NCBI GenBank assembly: GCA_963850905.1
Contig: CAWKMU010000003.1
Span: 1,408,001 to 1,472,000 of the forward strand
DNA length: 64,000 nucleotides
Source: an uncultured Gemmatimonadales bacterium
GTDB lineage: Bacteria; Gemmatimonadota; Gemmatimonadetes; Gemmatimonadales; Gemmatimonadaceae
Reading direction: 5' to 3'
Of this stretch, positions 20,294 through 30,064 are shown in pieces. Each line of letters starts with the position of its first letter. The first letter of the stretch is position 1. The notes under the pieces were generated by a model. The model saw only the letters and a list, made by a program, of their open reading frames with translations. It was not told the DNA's origin and searched no databases. Both the position numbers and the translations under genes were made by a program.

Positions 20294-21742
20294 ATGCGCG
20301 ACCCGCGTCCATTCCAGTTCGCGCTCATGCTGATGGCGGCCGTGACGGTCGCCACAGCACCGGATCTCGCGTGGGGACAAGGATTCGGGCTGAACGACAT
20401 CGGGAGCTGCGCGGTCGGACGCGCGTATGCCGCGACCGGCGCGCCGTGTCGGGATGCGTCTGTCATTTACTGGAACCCGGGCGCTGCGGCCACACTCCCC
20501 GGCTGGTCCATTTACGGCGGCGGTGCCGCCATTGGCGTGAACGGCGGATTCACCGCCGATACGACACTCGTGCGGTACCCGAGCAGCGTCCCCGTCTCGT
20601 TTCCCCCACACCTGTTCGTCAACTACACGGGACACCTTGGCGAGCGCGCCGCATCGGTCGGCTTCGGCGCCTATGTGCCGTACGGATTGACTTCGCAGTG
20701 GAACTCCGACTTCCCCGGCCGCTTCGAAGCCCAGAAGGCGTCGCTGCAGACCTTCTATTTCCAGCCCAATCTCTCGATCGAGATCGTGCCCCATAAGCTG
20801 AGCATCGGCGCCGGGCCGATCATCGCCCACTCCAGTGTCGAGCTGATCCAGGCGCTCGATCTCTCCGCAGCGCCGGCAGCGCCAAACGTCACGTTCGGCG
20901 AACTGGGCATTCCGGCGCTCACCGAGTTCGGACAGGCGACGATCAAGGGTAGTGCAACCGGGTGGGGATGGACGTTTGGCGCCCTCTACAAGCCGGACCC
21001 GACGGTGCAAATCGGCGCGCGGTTCCTCTCGGCGATCACGTTCGACTACTCGAGCGCCAACGCCACGTTCCAGCAGGTGATGACCGGGCTAACGCTCGCG
21101 GCAAATAATCCACTTGGCCTTCCAGCGGGGACGCCGGTCGACGCGATCGTCGCGTCACAGTTCGCGAGCGGCGGCGCGCTGGTCTCGCAGTCGGCCAGCA
21201 CCAAGATCACGCATCCGTTGCAGGCGGAAGGCGGCATTGGATACACGGGCATCCGCAGCTTGCTGATCGATCTCGATGTCGATTACGTCGGATGGGACGC
21301 CTTCCAGACCCTGCCAGTCACCTTCAACGGGCCGGCGGGGGCGGCCGGACTCAATCGCGTGCTGCTCGAGGATTACGGAAACTCATGGGCCGTGCGCTTG
21401 GGATTGGAGCACGTCTTCGGTGACTCCGTCGATGGCATCACCGGCCGCGCGGGATTCAGCTACGCGACCACACCAGCTCCGCCGGAGACAGTGACCCCGC
21501 TGCTTCCGGACATGAACCGGTACAACGGGTCAGTCGGCATCGGTATTCCCTTCTCTCGCGACGTATCCCTCGACGCCGCGTACCTCCATGTCTTCACCGA
21601 AGGCCGGCGCGGTCGCGTTGTCGAGCGTACGGAGAACCTCGGCGGCCTCCTGAGTTCCAATCAGACGGCTGCCGAGCTCAACTCCGGTTTCTACGACCTC
21701 GCGGCGGACGTCCTGTCGCTGAGCCTCCGCCTCCACTTCTGA
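20294..21742 (+). CDS. OmpP1/FadL-family outer membrane transporter
   Basis: GGAGG RBS, signal peptide, 'GRAYA...DASVIYWNPG', 'YVPYGL...W', terminal Phe. Confidence 0.9.
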   Translation: MRDPRPFQFALMLMAAVTVATAPDLAWGQGFGLNDIGSCAVGRAYAATGAPCRDASVIYWNPGAAATLPGWSIYGGGAAIGVNGGFTADTTLVRYPSSVPVSFPPHLFVNYTGHLGERAASVGFGAYVPYGLTSQWNSDFPGRFEAQKASLQTFYFQPNLSIEIVPHKLSIGAGPIIAHSSVELIQALDLSAAPAAPNVTFGELGIPALTEFGQATIKGSATGWGWTFGALYKPDPTVQIGARFLSAITFDYSSANATFQQVMTGLTLAANNPLGLPAGTPVDAIVASQFASGGALVSQSASTKITHPLQAEGGIGYTGIRSLLIDLDVDYVGWDAFQTLPVTFNGPAGAAGLNRVLLEDYGNSWAVRLGLEHVFGDSVDGITGRAGFSYATTPAPPETVTPLLPDMNRYNGSVGIGIPFSRDVSLDAAYLHVFTEGRRGRVVERTENLGGLLSSNQTAAELNSGFYDLAADVLSLSLRLHF

Positions 21743-21779
21743 CGCCGTGACCGCCACTCCAGCGCTGAGGGATCGTCGC

Positions 21780-22976
21780 ATGTCGTCCGCTCGCATCCCG
21801 CTCCAGCGGCTCGCAGCGGCGGCCGTGCTCATCGGGGCCGTGGCCGCTTGTGAGCAGAAGGAGCTCGTGAGCCTTCCGCGAACATCCGTCAACCAGACCC
21901 TTTTCAAGAGCTATGTCGCACTGGGCAACAGCATCACCGCGGGTTACCAGTCCGGCGGCATTGTCGACTCGACCCAGGCCGAGGCCTACCCCGGGATCAT
22001 CGCAACACAAGCGGGGACGCGGTACGCGTTCCCCGCGCTGACCCCTCCGGGATGTCCGCCGCCGATCGTGAACTTCCAGACCCAACAACGCCTCGGTGCC
22101 GGGTCGACCTCGACGACGTGCAACCTGCGCGATCCGGCGATGATCACGTCGGTGCTCAACAACGTCGCGGTTCCTGGGGCAGCGTCACTCGACCCGACGG
22201 CGTCCTCGAGCGCGAACTCGAACGCACTCACCACCTTCATCCTGGGCGGTGCGACGCAAGTCCAGCGGGCGCTCCAGGCCAATCCGACGTTCGTGAGTAT
22301 CTGGATTGGCAATAATGACGTGCTGCCGGCCGCGTTGTCGGGCTTTGCGACGGGCGCTCCGACCCCGGCCGACACGTTCAATGCCAATTACGACACGATG
22401 ATCTCGCAGCTCACGGCGGGCGCTCCTGGTCTCGGAGGACTCCTCATCGGGGTTGTCAACACCAGCGTGGTCCCCGCGCTCTTCCCAGTCGACAGTCTGC
22501 TCGACGATCCGGTTTTGGACGCCGAATTCAACGCGGCCGCGGGCACCACGGTCCCGATTGCGTCCGACTGCGTTGGCGCGCACGCCTTGGTGTCGCTCGA
22601 CATCATCAGTGCCATCCGGGCGGGCCAGGTGCCGCCGGCGATCGGCTGCGCGACGACGGATCCCTTTACGCTCAACGCGGTCAAACAGGGGATCATCACC
22701 GCGTCGGTGGCGGCCTACAACGCACATATCCAATCGGTGGCGACCACGAACGGCTTCGCCTACGTCAATGTGACTCCCATCATCGCGGGGCTCAAGGCGC
22801 AGGGCCTTATCTCGACGGTCCCGAACTTCCTGAGCGCGACGAATCCGTTCGGTCCCCTCTTTACGCTCGATGGCATCCATCCGTCCGCGCTCGGACAGCA
22901 ACTGCTCGCCAATGCATTCATTACGGCGATCAACGCGAGGTACGGGTCGGTGATTGATACGGTAGCACATCAGTAG
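21780..22976 (+). CDS. SGNH/GDSL-family lipase/esterase lipoprotein
   Basis: Lipobox VAA-C; blocks YVALGNSITAG, NVAVPGA, WIGNND, DGIHP. Confidence 0.9.
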   Translation: MSSARIPLQRLAAAAVLIGAVAACEQKELVSLPRTSVNQTLFKSYVALGNSITAGYQSGGIVDSTQAEAYPGIIATQAGTRYAFPALTPPGCPPPIVNFQTQQRLGAGSTSTTCNLRDPAMITSVLNNVAVPGAASLDPTASSSANSNALTTFILGGATQVQRALQANPTFVSIWIGNNDVLPAALSGFATGAPTPADTFNANYDTMISQLTAGAPGLGGLLIGVVNTSVVPALFPVDSLLDDPVLDAEFNAAAGTTVPIASDCVGAHALVSLDIISAIRAGQVPPAIGCATTDPFTLNAVKQGIITASVAAYNAHIQSVATTNGFAYVNVTPIIAGLKAQGLISTVPNFLSATNPFGPLFTLDGIHPSALGQQLLANAFITAINARYGSVIDTVAHQ

Positions 22977-23008
22977 CGTCCCGGCCGGAGGCCGGGTCGC
23001 TACTGATG
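22968..23008 (+). terminator. Long stem-loop over the lipase stop codon
   Basis: CATCAGTAGCG.CCCGGCC-GGA-GGCCGGG.CGCTACTGATG; no U-tract. Confidence 0.5.
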
Positions 23009-23009
23009 G

Positions 23010-23282
23010 ATTGGACGCTAGACATTGGAGAAACGGGTAACGGGTAACTACAACGATCACTGCAAACACCGGGCGGGCTGAAGCCCGCCGCTACATGTTG
23101 CTGCGGGCGGCGTCAAATCTGGATTTGTCGACCGACGCCGCACTCGTCTCCGCGGGCGCTCCGTAGTGTCACCGTCCACACCGACGTGTAGGGGCGGCCT
23201 TCAGGCCGCCCAGCGGTGTCGTCGCGATTGTTGTAGGTACCCGTCACCCGTTACCTGTTTTCCCCAACCTCTAACGTCCAAT
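23010..23282. repeat. Nested ~270-bp inverted-repeat element (REPIN/BIME-like) with two GTAG-type REPs
   Basis: Outer TTGGACGCTAG/CTAACGTCCAA, then (ACGGGTA)2/(TACCCGTCACCCGTT), then CTACAAC/GTTGTAG. REPs GGGCGGGCTGAAGCCCGCCGCTACA (23071-23095) and TGTAGGGGCGGCCTTCAGGCCGCCC (23187-23211). Confidence 0.85.
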
Positions 23283-24532
23283 CACACCGCCTGAGGCCTC
23301 GTTGCCGCCTTCGCCGGCCTCAACATCCACCACAACCCGCCACCAACCACTGCGACAGGAAGGAGCACGCCCATCGATGCGATCACGAAGGCCACGAGAC
23401 CAATGAAGTTGTGCCACGCCTGGCGAGCCGCGGCTGCGATCGGATTGGGCGCAACGTGGTCGATGATCGGCGTTGGTTCGTGAACGGTGATCGTCAATGT
23501 GCTCAACTCGGCGTGTGAACGCAGAAAGCGGAGTCGACCCTCGTACCGTTCGATCTCTTCACGCACACGGGCGAGCTCCTGCTCGACGTCGAGGACGTCC
23601 TTGAGCTTCCCGGTTCGCGTCGCCAGCAGCTCGATCAGTCGCTCCTCGAGCCGGTGATCGTTGGCCATCCGGGCCTCGACATCGACGTACTCCTCGCCGA
23701 CGTCCTGTGCGGTCACGTTGACATACTCGATTTTGCCTAGTGGCCCCAGATTGGTGATGAGGCGATCGAAGCCGTCGGCCGGTGCCTTCACCTCGAGCGT
23801 TGCCGCGCGCACTTGATCGCGGCCAGCTTGGATCGCGCTATTCGCCACGAACCCGCCAATCGCCGACGCCAGCGCGCGAACCCGTGGTATCGCACTATCG
23901 ATCGACGCGACTTCGATCGAGGCGCCCCCGGATCGCACGATCATGCGTGAGGCATCAGCAACGGAGCCCATCGCGAGATCGGAAACGGGCAAGCCCTCAC
24001 CGTTGACGCCGGCAGCAGACTCTAACGCAATTGGCCCTGCGGGGGCGCCTGCGGCGAACCCGCGACTTCGCCCAAACCCGAGTGCCTTGGATGCGGTAAA
24101 CTGCTGGCTCACGTCAGTCATCGCGCCACCGGTCACGACCTGCGTTTCGAGCCGGAGCACATCTTTCGAAAGACTGATCGTGTAGTCAGCCTGACCCGCC
24201 GCGATTGTAACCGTTTGGGGCGCATAGCCAATGCGGCGCACCGTTAACGACCTGGCCTCCGCGGGTACGCGCAGCGTAAAGGTCCCGTCGTCCGCGGTGT
24301 TCGTGCCGGTCGTGGTTCCGGTCACGATGACTTGCGCCGTGGCGATACCGTTTTGCTCGGTTGCGTCGAGTACCCGACCAGTGACGCGACCCTCTTGTGC
24401 TCCGGCCAGTGAGGCCACCCGTGACAGCAGTCCATGACGCGCGGTCGGCTTCATGGTCAGCAGCACCGCGACCAGCAGGGCAACGGCAACGACAGCGATG
24501 CGACGGGATGTCACATACATTCGTCTGGACAT
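23282..24532 (-). CDS. DUF4349 protein with N-terminal carboxypeptidase-regulatory-like domain
   Basis: 'VTGRVLD...VTGTTTGTNT..DGTFTL...RRIGY' then 'QDVGEEYVDVEARM...VEQELARVREEIERYEGRLRFL' and a C-terminal TM. Start approximate. Confidence 0.85.
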   Translation of the reverse strand: MSRRMYVTSRRIAVVAVALLVAVLLTMKPTARHGLLSRVASLAGAQEGRVTGRVLDATEQNGIATAQVIVTGTTTGTNTADDGTFTLRVPAEARSLTVRRIGYAPQTVTIAAGQADYTISLSKDVLRLETQVVTGGAMTDVSQQFTASKALGFGRSRGFAAGAPAGPIALESAAGVNGEGLPVSDLAMGSVADASRMIVRSGGASIEVASIDSAIPRVRALASAIGGFVANSAIQAGRDQVRAATLEVKAPADGFDRLITNLGPLGKIEYVNVTAQDVGEEYVDVEARMANDHRLEERLIELLATRTGKLKDVLDVEQELARVREEIERYEGRLRFLRSHAELSTLTITVHEPTPIIDHVAPNPIAAAARQAWHNFIGLVAFVIASMGVLLPVAVVGGGLWWMLRPAKAATRPQAV

Positions 24533-24709
24533 TGAACGGCTCGTTCGTTGAAGACACACGTAAGACGTTGCGGCGGCCTCGACTTACACACCTTGAGGGG
24601 TATCTTCACAAGTCTCGATGTAGCAAATAGTTACAGACGCTGAATTTCGCAGCCCGGCGGGAGTGCGCCTGCGCGGACTCCCAATTCCTCTCTTCCTTTG
24701 TCTCAATCC

Positions 24710-26539
24710 ATGTTCGTCCGTTCTGCTCGATTCCTTGTACTCGCTGTGGCGGCGACGGTTGTGGGTTCTCAACGCATACCCGCGCAGATGCCGGGGGCCG
24801 TGTCCGCGCCCATCTCCGACATGCATTACGAGGTCACGGTGGATTCCGCCGCGCTGGCGACGCGGCACATCAATGTCGTGGCGACGCTCAACGTCGTGGG
24901 ACCGGGCCCGGTCGTGCTGTCGCTGCCGGCGTGGACGCCGGGTGCGTACGAGCTCTCGTGGTTCTCTCGGTACGTCTCGGGGTTCACGCCGACGGCGGCC
25001 GATGGACGGGCCCTGACGTGGGACAAAGTGGATTACGAGACGTGGCGCATCGACCCGGCGGGGGCGAAGACCATTCACGTGGCGTTTCGCTACCAGGCCG
25101 ACTCGCTCGACAACGCGATGTCGTGGACCCGGCCGGACTTCGTGCTGTTCAATGGCACGAATCTCTTTCTGTATCCCGAAGCGCGAGGGCTGAATTTCCC
25201 GGCGACCGTCACGGTGCACGCACCCACGGGCTGGCTCATCGCTACCGGGATGTCGCCGGTCCCCGGCAGCTCGAACAGCTTCACGGCGCCAACGTACCAT
25301 GACGTCGTCGATATGCCGTTCTTCGTCGGCAGGTTCGATTTCGACAGCATACAGGTCGCCGACCGTTGGGTACGGTTTGCGAGCTATCCGGCAGGGGCCG
25401 AGAATGCGAGCCGGCGCTCGGCCGTGCTCCGTTGGCTCTCACAAGTCATCCCACCCGAAGCTGCGGTGTTCGGCGAAACGCCATGGCCGAACTACACGGT
25501 CATGCAGATCACAGATTCTTCCTACGAGGGCGCGAGTGGACTCGAGCACCAGGACTCACACGTCAATGTCGTCGGCGCGAGCTTCCTCGACGATCCGTTC
25601 ATGCCCGGCCTGTACGCCCACGAGATTTTCCACTCCTGGAACGTCAAGCGGATGCGGCCCGCCGACATGGTGCCGTACCGGTACGACGTAGCGCAGCCGA
25701 CGCCTTGGTTGTGGGTGAGCGAGGGGATCACGGACTATTACGCCGACCTCGCACAGGTCCGCGGAGGCGTGATCCCGGATACGGGTTTCTACCACCTCAC
25801 CGCAGGCAAGATCGATGACGTCGACGGCGCGCCACCCACGGCGCTCACCGACGCGTCGCTTTCGACGTGGGTCCACCCGACCGATGGCACGGGATATCTC
25901 TACTATCCCAAAGGCTCTTTGGCCGGCTTTGTGCTGGACGTCCTCATTCGCGATGCCAGCGACAACCACCAATCGCTGGACAGCGTGATGCGCGCCGTCT
26001 ACAACGCCACGTATAAGCATCAACGCGGATTTTCCGGTGTCGACTGGTGGGGCGCGGTGAGTCGCGCAGCGGGTGGACGGTCGTTCAGTGAGTTCAACCG
26101 ACGATACATCGACGGTCGAGAGCCATTCCCGTGGGACTCGATTCTCCCGCTTGCCGGCTTGCGTCTCGTGGCCGACAGTATCCGGGAGCCCCGGCTCGGG
26201 ATCACGAGTGCGATGGATTCACTCGGTCGCGTGCGAGTCATGGAGGTCGAGCAGGGCTCTGCGGCTGCGCAGGCGGGGCTGCTGGGCGGTGACGTGCTCG
26301 TGTCGATCGGCGATATCCCGGTCGCCTCAGCCGATTTCGGCCAACAATTCCGGGCGCGTTATGGCGGCAATTCGCAGTCGCCCAAGACGATTCCGCTCGT
26401 CCTGCGTCGGAACGGGCAGCAAATGACGCTGCAGGCGCCGCTCGAATATCGCATCCGCCTCGAGCATCGGATCGTCGCCGATCCATCGGCAAGCGATAAA
26501 GCGCGCCGGATCAGGGACAGCTTGTTACGCGGCACCTGA
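24710..26539 (+). CDS. M61-family (glycyl aminopeptidase-like) metallopeptidase with PDZ domain
   Basis: LPAWTPGAY, GLEH, AHEIFHSWNVKRMRP, LWVSEGITDYY, YYPKG; PDZ 'GSAAAQAGLLGGDVLVSI'. Confidence 0.93.
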   Translation: MFVRSARFLVLAVAATVVGSQRIPAQMPGAVSAPISDMHYEVTVDSAALATRHINVVATLNVVGPGPVVLSLPAWTPGAYELSWFSRYVSGFTPTAADGRALTWDKVDYETWRIDPAGAKTIHVAFRYQADSLDNAMSWTRPDFVLFNGTNLFLYPEARGLNFPATVTVHAPTGWLIATGMSPVPGSSNSFTAPTYHDVVDMPFFVGRFDFDSIQVADRWVRFASYPAGAENASRRSAVLRWLSQVIPPEAAVFGETPWPNYTVMQITDSSYEGASGLEHQDSHVNVVGASFLDDPFMPGLYAHEIFHSWNVKRMRPADMVPYRYDVAQPTPWLWVSEGITDYYADLAQVRGGVIPDTGFYHLTAGKIDDVDGAPPTALTDASLSTWVHPTDGTGYLYYPKGSLAGFVLDVLIRDASDNHQSLDSVMRAVYNATYKHQRGFSGVDWWGAVSRAAGGRSFSEFNRRYIDGREPFPWDSILPLAGLRLVADSIREPRLGITSAMDSLGRVRVMEVEQGSAAAQAGLLGGDVLVSIGDIPVASADFGQQFRARYGGNSQSPKTIPLVLRRNGQQMTLQAPLEYRIRLEHRIVADPSASDKARRIRDSLLRGT

Positions 26540-26547
26540 GCTGACTC

Positions 26548-28380
26548 TTGGCCACACCGATTACAAGTCCCGCCAAAGCGCTCGACCAACAAGTCGCGGT
26601 CGAGACGCCGGAGCAGGTTTTGATCTCCTACACGATCGCGGGGATCGGATCTCGCTCCGCCGCGGCATTGCTGGACACGCTCGTGTGGATGGGGCTGATC
26701 CTCATCGTGTTCGCACTTGCCGGCGCGTTCGGTGGACACCTGGGCGGCGGCTCGTCGTGGGCGGCCGCGATCCTGATTCTCATCTCGTTCGCAATCTTCT
26801 GGTCGTACTTCGTGCTGTTCGAAGGACTGTGGGACGGGCAGACACCGGGGAAACGACAACTCGGTCTCCGCGTTGTGCGCGACGGCGGCTACTCGGTGGG
26901 TTTCGCCGCGTCGGCGATCCGTAATCTGATCCGCTTCATCGACATGCAGCCCATGCCGACGTACGGCGTGGGTATCGTCTGTGCCGTGCTGTCGCCAACG
27001 GGCAAGCGATTGGGCGACTACGCGGCGGGGACGATGGTCGTGCGCGAACGAGCCATTGCGTTTGGCGGTCGCCCAAATGAGACGGACGGATTGCTGACGC
27101 CAGAAGCGGTAGAGGCCGTCCCGGCCGCCGTGTTGAGTGACGACGAGTACACGCTGCTCGATCGATACATCGCCCGTCGCGCAGCGCTCGATGCAAACCG
27201 TCGAGCGGAGCTGGCCGGGCGCCTGGCACAGCGATTTCGCGGCCGCGTCCTGGGGCTGACCGGCAGCGACGCGGCAATGCTGGTGCGGCTCCATGAGCTC
27301 GAACGCCAAGCACGCGCGCGCGGTGCGCCGAGCCGCAGCGGGAGGGGCGCCGCGCGTGAGCAGCACGCGATCGTCGCGAGGGGTATGCCGCGCTGGCGGG
27401 AGTTCGCGGCTCTGCTGACGTCGGCGCAGCAGCGTGGCCTCGGGAGCATGTCAGAGGCCGAGGTGAGCGACTTCGTCTCTCGCTATCGCGAGCTTGCTGG
27501 TGATTTGGCTCGCTTGCAAACCGCGGCTGGCGGCCGCGAGTCGGACTCGCTCTTCGTGCTGAGCCGCCTTGTCGCGGGTGGCCACAGCTTGCTGTATCGG
27601 GGCCGCAGCGTCAGCTGGCGCTCGGCGTGGGACTACATGACCATCACGGTGCCGGGTGAGATCCGTCGCTCCTGGCTCCCGATCGGGCTGGCGGCCGCGA
27701 TGATGTTCGGTCCCGGCGCGATCGCGTACGTGTCAGTGGTCCGCCACCCGGCACTGGCGCGCCAGCTCGTCTCCCCGGGGATGATCGAACGGGCGGAGCA
27801 TGGCGTGCAGTGGGCGAAAAGCGACAGCGGCTACGTCACGATCCAGGACAGCCTTCGCCCGGTCGTGGCCAGCGCCATTATGAGCAACAACATCTGGGTG
27901 TCGACCATGACGTTTGCGGGCGGTATGACGGGCGGTGTACTCACCGTGTACGCGCTTGCCATGAATGGCATCGATCTCGGGGCAGTACTCGGACTGTACC
28001 AGAGCAAAGGTATCCTCTCGCTCATCCTCCGCTTCGTCGCGCCGCACGGCGTGCTGGAGCTCAGCGCTATCACCTTCTCCGGCGCCGCCGGACTGCTCAT
28101 CGCGTCCGCGTTTCTTCTGCCGGGAGCGATGACACGCCGGGAGGCATTGATCGTGCGCGGCCGCCGCGCGATCCGACTCCTCGCCGCGACAGTGCTCATG
28201 CTCGTCGTGGCTGGATCGATCGAGGGCCTGCTCTCGCCGATTCCCACATGGACGCTCGGCGAGAAGTTGTCCGTATCGGCGGTCACCGCGGTGTTGTTAG
28301 CGATCTACATCATTGGCCGAAGAGGCACGGGCGCGGCCGACACACGCTCTGTGCCATCGACTGCACGCGCGGCCGCGTAG
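26548..28380 (+). CDS. RDD domain / SpoIIM (DUF95) fusion membrane protein
   Basis: ETPE..I.Y.IAG.GSR, GQTPGKR, KRLGDYAAGTMVV (RDD); YRELAGDLA, NN, PHGVLEL, AGSIEG (SpoIIM). Confidence 0.9.
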   Translation: MATPITSPAKALDQQVAVETPEQVLISYTIAGIGSRSAAALLDTLVWMGLILIVFALAGAFGGHLGGGSSWAAAILILISFAIFWSYFVLFEGLWDGQTPGKRQLGLRVVRDGGYSVGFAASAIRNLIRFIDMQPMPTYGVGIVCAVLSPTGKRLGDYAAGTMVVRERAIAFGGRPNETDGLLTPEAVEAVPAAVLSDDEYTLLDRYIARRAALDANRRAELAGRLAQRFRGRVLGLTGSDAAMLVRLHELERQARARGAPSRSGRGAAREQHAIVARGMPRWREFAALLTSAQQRGLGSMSEAEVSDFVSRYRELAGDLARLQTAAGGRESDSLFVLSRLVAGGHSLLYRGRSVSWRSAWDYMTITVPGEIRRSWLPIGLAAAMMFGPGAIAYVSVVRHPALARQLVSPGMIERAEHGVQWAKSDSGYVTIQDSLRPVVASAIMSNNIWVSTMTFAGGMTGGVLTVYALAMNGIDLGAVLGLYQSKGILSLILRFVAPHGVLELSAITFSGAAGLLIASAFLLPGAMTRREALIVRGRRAIRLLAATVLMLVVAGSIEGLLSPIPTWTLGEKLSVSAVTAVLLAIYIIGRRGTGAADTRSVPSTARAAA

Positions 28381-28389
28381 CGAGGCGGC

Positions 28390-29085
28390 CTAATACCGCT
28401 CGGCCAGGTCGTTGCGCGCGAGCGCTTGTCGCAGACGGGCCATGAAATCGGCCCCGGGGTCGGTCTTGGGTGTGAGGTACGTGGAGTCGCGCTCCTCCCA
28501 CAACGGCGTGTGACGGAAGCGCCCGTACTCACAATGCCCGATCAAATACTTAATGCCGGGATACCGCGCGGTGAGGTGCTGTACCAACCACCGATCTGCC
28601 TCGAGCTGGCGCGGCGTGAGTGGCGGGTATGGACCGCCGCCCACGTTTTCGATCCCGATGGCGATGCGGTTCAAGCCGATGACGTGCCGCGCCATGAGCG
28701 TATCAGGTACCAGGCGATAGATCGTGCCGTCCCGGTCCACGAGGTACTGTGACGACACGTTGACCGCGCCGCCGCGCACAATGTCCGAACGGAAGGCAGG
28801 CAGGGTATCGGGCCCGAACAGCCGCAGTGTCGAGTCGAGCGACGCGGTCTCCGTCGCATGAATCACGATCATCCGCGGCGTGACCCGGATCGACGTCGCC
28901 GACGGATCGTAGTGCGCTCTCACGTACTCGAGAGTGAGCGCCTGGCGGCGCGGACCAAAGGTCAGTAGGCGCTCCACAATGCGGGTTTGCTGGCGCGGCG
29001 CCGCTGCCATCGCCGCCGCGCCGAGGGCGCATGCGACCACGACCCACCCGGCTCGCCGACGCAGGTCCCTCAAATCGTACCGCAT
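28390..29085 (-). CDS. N-acetylmuramoyl-L-alanine amidase (Amidase_2)
   Basis: IVIHAT, SSQYLVDRDGTIY, ARH..GLN..AIGIENVG, LIGHCE, KTDPG. Confidence 0.92.
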   Translation of the reverse strand: MRYDLRDLRRRAGWVVVACALGAAAMAAAPRQQTRIVERLLTFGPRRQALTLEYVRAHYDPSATSIRVTPRMIVIHATETASLDSTLRLFGPDTLPAFRSDIVRGGAVNVSSQYLVDRDGTIYRLVPDTLMARHVIGLNRIAIGIENVGGGPYPPLTPRQLEADRWLVQHLTARYPGIKYLIGHCEYGRFRHTPLWEERDSTYLTPKTDPGADFMARLRQALARNDLAERY

Positions 29086-29095
29086 CGTCCCAGTG

Positions 29096-30043
29096 TCAGG
29101 CGACGGTCTTCGTCCTTGCCAGCGGACGAGCGAACGCGTTCGGCGGATTATGGATATTGATCAGCAGGACCTGGCGGTAATAGTCGGTCGCCTGGCTCTT
29201 GTCACCGGTCTTCTCGTACGCTTGCGCGATGAGAGACAGAATGAACGGGTCCTTCTGATCGGCCTTCTGTAACTCCGTGATGGCGGTCTTGTAGTCGCCC
29301 AGGTACAGCGCGACGTAGCCGGTTAGGTACGGATAGAACTTGACCTGGTCCGGGTTTGTCCCCCGATCGAGAATCGACTTCGCGGCGGCGACATGCTGCA
29401 TGGCCGCGTCGCGCTGTCCGCGCCGCGCGGCAATCCGCGCCTGCGCATGCTCCCAGCGAAAGTCCCAGAGGTCCCGGTCGGCCGGCTTGAGATCGCTCTT
29501 CTTCAACGCCGTCTCGTGCCCGGTCCGGTACACCTTGTAAGCGTTGTCGATGTCTCCCGATTCCAAGTAGATGCGGGCCAGCTCGTTGTCGACGTCAGCC
29601 GCGGCGAGCCAGTCTTGCCGTGCGACCGCTGCATCAACGACTTGCCGCTCGTATTTTGCGGCGTCGTCGGCATTGCGGGTAAAGGCATACGAAATGGCCA
29701 TGGTGCGCAGGGCGCGGGCTTTAACGGAGTCATTCGGAGCGATCGCGATCGCCCGCTCGAGGTGAGCGCGGGCCGCGGGATATTGGCCTTCGAGGTCGAG
29801 GGCCACAGCGGTCGCAATGTGCGCATCGACGAAGCGTGGGTTCTGCTGCAGCGCGCGGGTGTACAAGGCTACCGCGCCGGCCTGGTTGCCGTCGCCGTTG
29901 AGCTTCTGACCTTGGGAGACGAGCGCAGCGGGATCGTCTGTAGCGGGGACCGGGTTCGGGGCTTGGGCAGCCAGCGAACCTCCAGCGACGATCACGAGGC
30001 CAGCGACGGCCAGCGAGTGGCACGGCATGTGAGCGATGCGCAT
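29096..30043 (-). CDS. Secreted TPR-repeat protein
   Basis: Signal peptide ending SLAA-Q and multiple TPR-like helices. True start near 30028-30046. Confidence 0.85.
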   Translation of the reverse strand: MRIAHMPCHSLAVAGLVIVAGGSLAAQAPNPVPATDDPAALVSQGQKLNGDGNQAGAVALYTRALQQNPRFVDAHIATAVALDLEGQYPAARAHLERAIAIAPNDSVKARALRTMAISYAFTRNADDAAKYERQVVDAAVARQDWLAAADVDNELARIYLESGDIDNAYKVYRTGHETALKKSDLKPADRDLWDFRWEHAQARIAARRGQRDAAMQHVAAAKSILDRGTNPDQVKFYPYLTGYVALYLGDYKTAITELQKADQKDPFILSLIAQAYEKTGDKSQATDYYRQVLLINIHNPPNAFARPLARTKTVA

Positions 30044-30064
30044 CATAAGTAGTGGAGGCGAAGG

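Noticed and set aside
24555..24595. ECF-sigma-like promoter (TGTAAG-N15-CGTC) on the minus strand before the DUF4349 gene
   Set aside because: Spacing and -35 match are imperfect; it cannot be supported without start-site data.
26548..28380. Sporulation function implied by the SpoIIM name
   Set aside because: The DUF95/SpoIIM-like domain is widespread in non-sporulating bacteria, and this organism has outer-membrane genes and no other spo genes here.
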